Assembly: GCA_964187785.1 (NCBI GenBank)
Contig: OZ076419.1
Coordinates: 9,486,001-9,550,000 of the forward strand
Length of the DNA stretch: 64,000 nt
Direction of reading: 5' to 3'
DNA from: Amphiscolops sp. MND2022
Lineage: Eukaryota
The notes beneath the pieces were generated by a model that saw nothing but the letters and a program-made list of their open reading frames with translations, had not been told where the DNA came from and did not search any database. Made by a program: the position numbers and the translations under genes. Below are positions 59,671-64,000 of this stretch, piece by piece (within the stretch, counting starts at the first letter, position 1; each line of letters opens with the position of its first letter).

Positions 59671-62600
59671 TCAGGCCAATAAATTCACGTTTTCTGTATA
59701 GTATCTGTATTCGTCAGTAAAGTTGGGGGTAGGATTGGGGCGTATGTTATATTTCCCTCCCCTAGGACTTTCGTTTTCTACAACGTAATCATCAGTTTCT
59801 TCAATTAATACATCAGGCACGGTTGTATCGTTCCCTCCGATATTTGAAAAATCAGAATTTCCATCCCTAGAAGAGTCCCGATTGGGCAGATTATCGTTTC
59901 CCAGTTCAGTACTTTGTTGCCGTCTGCTGGACTGACGGTCTTCATTAGGTAGGTCGCGCGCAAACTGATCAGAATTATCAGACTCAGTATTTGTTTGCCG
60001 TCGCGCGGACCGAAGGTCCGCTTCAGCTACTTCACGCGAGTGTGAATCAGAATCCGCAGCGTCAGTATTTTCTTGCCGCCGCGTGGAAAGAAGGTCCAAA
60101 TCCGTGATTATAGCGTCTTGTTCATCAAAGTGAGTAGGAGAATCGTTGGGAATGATTTGCTGTTCAGTACTAGGAGGGAAATCATCGAAATTGCTTTCCC
60201 ATGAAATAATGTACAGGTCGTCTTGCGGAATAATAATTTCATCATCAGCTTGTAAAGTTCCTTCAGGACGAGTATCTTGTAAGGTAGTATTTGGAGTATA
60301 TTTTCGAAGGCGTATTCGGTGTAAAATTTGCGTTTTGTTAGAATTAAGTTTGCGCACTATATAATTCTCGTTAGGAAGGACCTTTTCGATGACATATGGT
60401 CCAATCCATCTAAATTCTCGAAATGGGATTTTAGAACCCTGATGATCTGCTAGTGGCTGTAAAATGAAACAAAAATCTCCTTGTTCTAAGGGAGCTGCTT
60501 TAGCCTTCCTGTCGTAATAGTCTTTGTACTTTAAGTATGATTGTATAATGTTTTTCTTTGTTTTATCGATAAGAATTTGAGTGCGGCGTTGGAGTTCTTC
60601 AGCAAAGTCAGTTGTTGGTATGATTTTCGGGTTGGGGTTCAGGCCTAACCTATGGTCCAGGATGTTATAAGGCACTCTGCCATGAAAAATTCTGGATGGC
60701 TCGCAACCTAGGCTAGAGTGGTAGGTTGTATTGTAATTAAGGACAGCCAAAGGAAGGTATTTATGCCACTGGGGCCTGTACTCTCCTGATGCCATTTTGA
60801 GGTTTCCTTTAAGGCTGGCATGGGTTCTCTCTAGTTTACCTATGGTCTGAGGATGCTTTGTGGTGGCGCATTGAAGTGTGATGCCCAAAATTTTTACTAC
60901 TTCTGATACTACGCGAGACGTAAAAGCTGTTCCTTTATCTGTGATAAGTGTCGTTGGTAGATATGTGTGTCGGGTCATGATGTCAATGAGAACTTTTGCT
61001 GTACTGATGGCCGACGCGTCCGTTACGGGATACGCGAAGAGGTATCTGGAGAAGACATCTAAAGCTGTTATGATGTTTTCATATCCTCCACTTGGTGGTA
61101 GATTCGGTAAAAGGTCAATTTGTAAGGCATCTTCCGGGCCTAGATCCCATTCAGGCAAATTTAGTAATTCGGGTGTTATTGATGCGTTAGCGATCCGTTT
61201 GTCTTTGATGCAGATTTCGCACCCTTGGACCCATTTTTTGACAATTTTTGCAACGCCCGGATAATAGTATTTTTGACGTATCTCATGAAGCATTTTGGAA
61301 ATTCCCGGATGTTTATTCGCAGTTCCATGTAAGGATTGGAGTAATTCAGTAACAAGATGTTTTAGTAGTAACACCTGACAAAATTGTACACTGCCGGTTT
61401 CATCGTAATAGTCTCTGTAGATAATATCTGCATGAACGGACAAACGGTCAAGTTGACGGCAGTAATGTCGGTAACGTGGATCTTGCTGTAAGATGGTTTC
61501 AGAGTATTCTTCTTTTTGTAATTTGAGGCGTAGTTGTTGCAATGTGATGTCATTGTTTTGTTCAATAGCCATGGTGATTGGTTTCGCTAGTTTTTGCAAA
61601 GTTGGAGTCTGGATTTGGGTACTTTTATGTAGACTGAGTTTATCCAAAGTAATATCAGGTAGTTGATTTGTAGGATTTGACCTGGCCTCCTTTTTTCGTT
61701 GCCATAATTGTTCCTCAGTTTCTTCATCATCGTCTGTATAGAATATCTGGTCCTCTTCAGTCACTCCCGCTGATTGGACATTAAGTTCAATGGGTGTAGT
61801 GGGAATGTCCTCTCGTATGCGGAGTACAAGTTTCTCTTTGGGACAGATTTCGAGACGAGACAGATAATCTGCGGCGGTGTTATTTTTCCCTGGTATATGG
61901 GCAATCGTGCAGCTGAACTGAATAACATAGTCACACGCGTTCCATAGCGTTGGTGGAATAATTTTCGTCTGAAAAAAGCGAGTAACTGATTTGTTGTCTG
62001 TTAGAATGATCACCGGTGTCGGGGTCCCCCAGAAGATGTGTCCAAACTCCTTGAAGGCAAAGAATATCGCTAAGGATTCTTTCGCATAGATGGACATTTT
62101 CAGCTGGGCGGGACTAAAGGTCTTGGATCCATATGCTACTGGTGCAAAGGCTTTGCGCGTTGAACTATATTTTTCCATTGGATCATCCTCGATGAGAACT
62201 GCATAACCTGCTGCCGAAAAACTAGCGTCTGTCATCAAGGCTATCTGTTTGTTGGGCAGGGGTTGTTTGAGTGCGAGTTCACAACATCGGTCAAGAGCTT
62301 TATTGATCTCGGTGAATTGTTCTAACAGTTCGGGAGTCACCATGACTTTGGCATCATTTTTCAACAGCTTGAAGAATGGTGTTAGCTTTTCAGAGAGCCT
62401 TGGAATGTAATTGCGGTAGTAGTTTAAAAATCCCAAATATCGCTGAAGTGCTTTTTTGGATTTCGGAAATTTCGTTTTCTCTAGGAAGTTTTGGACCCTG
62501 GGTCGTTGCGGCCGCACTCCCTCAGGAGTGATGGTGCGTCCCAGGAAGTCAATTTCTTTGGCTCCGAAATGACATTTGTGCATCGTTAATTTAAGACCTG

Positions 62601-64000
62601 CGGTTCTGATGCATTCAAAGGTTGCTCGCAAGTTGTTGATGAGTTGAGTGGCACTGTTGGCGGCAATCCCAATGTTATCGACATATTGAGCACATTGATC
62701 CGCTTTAATCACTTTATCTAGGTATTCACGCATGAAACTTGAGAAAGCTGATAGGGCGCGGCTTAAACCTTGCGCGAGTCAGCGGTAGGCAAAAGTTCTA
62801 CTGGCGAAATTGAACGCCAACATCTCTATGGACCTTTGATCCGCCATCTGCAGACAGTGATATGCCTGAGAACAGTCGAGCTTGCAGAAGAATCGTTTGC
62901 CTGCCATGTGTTGCGCTGCATCCGTTAGTGTACTGACAGGATGGTTGTTGTTGATATAATCGTCGGAAATCAAATTGTTGATTTTTCGGAGGTCAACCAA
63001 CAGTCGTAATTTGCCATTAGGTTTTTTCTGGGCAAAAATGGGACTCGCATATTTGGAAAACGGTAGTGTCGTTATGATCCCATAGCGGTGGAGTAGCGCT
63101 TATTCAACAAGAATGTCTTCTTTGAGGTTGATAGGGGTAGGTAGGCTTTGACTGTAGGCAGGAGAGTCGTCTTTTGGGGTCAGTGTGACTTTGAAGTCCT
63201 CGTTCATACCTATATCAAAGCGGTGCCTTGCGAAAATGTCGTGAAACTCGACAAGTATTTCTTCAATTTGGGCAATTTCAACTGGATTTAGCGTTGAGTC
63301 AGTCCAGTCAAAGTTGGCAAGAAACTGTTTCCTGGACTCAAGGTCATGCTGAGGGTTGAGTTTCTCTGAATCCTGAAGGCTTTGTAATTCCCTGAGGATT
63401 CTTTGTTGTATGGGTGTATGTGTCTGAGGGTCTCCCGGTTCTTGTGGGGTCGGGAACCAATAGTTTTCACTGTCTTCGCTAATCTTCGGGGATTTGATGA
63501 GGCTGCTGGCATAGTATGCAGCATTTTCCGGATTATCCTTCAAAAAGTGCCAGGTGGTCACCGGGTCGATGGGTTTGACATATTTCATCTGTTCTGGGGT
63601 GAGAACAGAGAAATTTGCAATGTGCGAACCTCTTTTGATAGTGTAAGGCTGGTCAGTGAAATTGTTGACATGGATCGATACCTGACCTTGGGTCAGTGTG
63701 ACGAGAGCAGCGCAGAAGGTTATATCACCATCTTCTGCAAGGTCATTGCCCGGTTGAAGAATTCCAGTGACGTTTGTGTCGTCATATAGTTGTGAGGACA
63801 TGGAGACCATATGTCTGTCGTTGGGGGGAATAGTTATATCCTCCCGTGCACAGATAGGTTCCATGACATTGGTGTACTTGTGGTCAGCTGTTTTCAATTG
63901 CATGGAAAAGAATGGGAAGTTTAAAATTCCCTGTCGCATGTCCAATATGGTATTGTTCCGTTGCAGGAACGAGAGACCAATGAGCGGACTTGAAAGTTTT
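59671..64000 (-). pseudogene. pol: Ty3/Gypsy pol (protease end, dUTPase-like, RT, RNase H, integrase), lightly mutated
   Basis: ORF 63100-63945 has a dUTPase-like segment and the RT start; 62779-63000 has CKLDCSQAYH; 59671-62733 has YVDN (for YVDD), MTDAS, FGHIFWG, TDNKS, HHCC (LHG..HPG..CEIC) and integrase LQIDL, ITDKG, KLERT. Stops at ~63098 and 62779. Confidence 0.95.

Overview
Eukaryotic (metazoan-type) repeat-rich DNA with GT-AG introns and no recognisable ordinary host gene; nearly everything is transposable-element derived and mostly decayed. Left to right: two duplicated CRE-like LINE/gag chimeras (1-3.8 kb), nested Ty3/Gypsy remnants (3.8-19.1 kb), a tRNA-derived repeat, a BEL/Pao element (19.9-25.3 kb), two abutting perfect palindromes (25.6-25.9 kb), and a piggyBac remnant next to a hAT element with TIRs and an 8-bp TSD (27.3-31.6 kb). 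The standout is an 18.8-kb element (32236-51048) bounded by 17-bp terminal inverted repeats (CAGTGCATAGACAAGCT) and a 2-bp target duplication. It carries a RAG1/Transib-like DDE transposase fused to BRCT, a spliced tyrosine-recombinase-like/SETD8-like methyltransferase gene, a Tudor-like protein, a spliced zinc-finger/JmjC (KDM2/KDM7-like) demethylase gene, nine copies of a private ~150-bp module and a 2.69-kb tandem duplication. It looks like a giant cargo transposon with a histone writer/reader/eraser kit; this copy carries inactivating lesions. The right end is a large minus-strand Gypsy element with a 4-intron antisense BED-finger/hAT-like gene between integrase and the presumed 3' LTR. 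All family calls come from motif recognition by eye; no database search was run. The TE repertoire reminds me of acoel or other marine invertebrate genomes, but I cannot verify the host.
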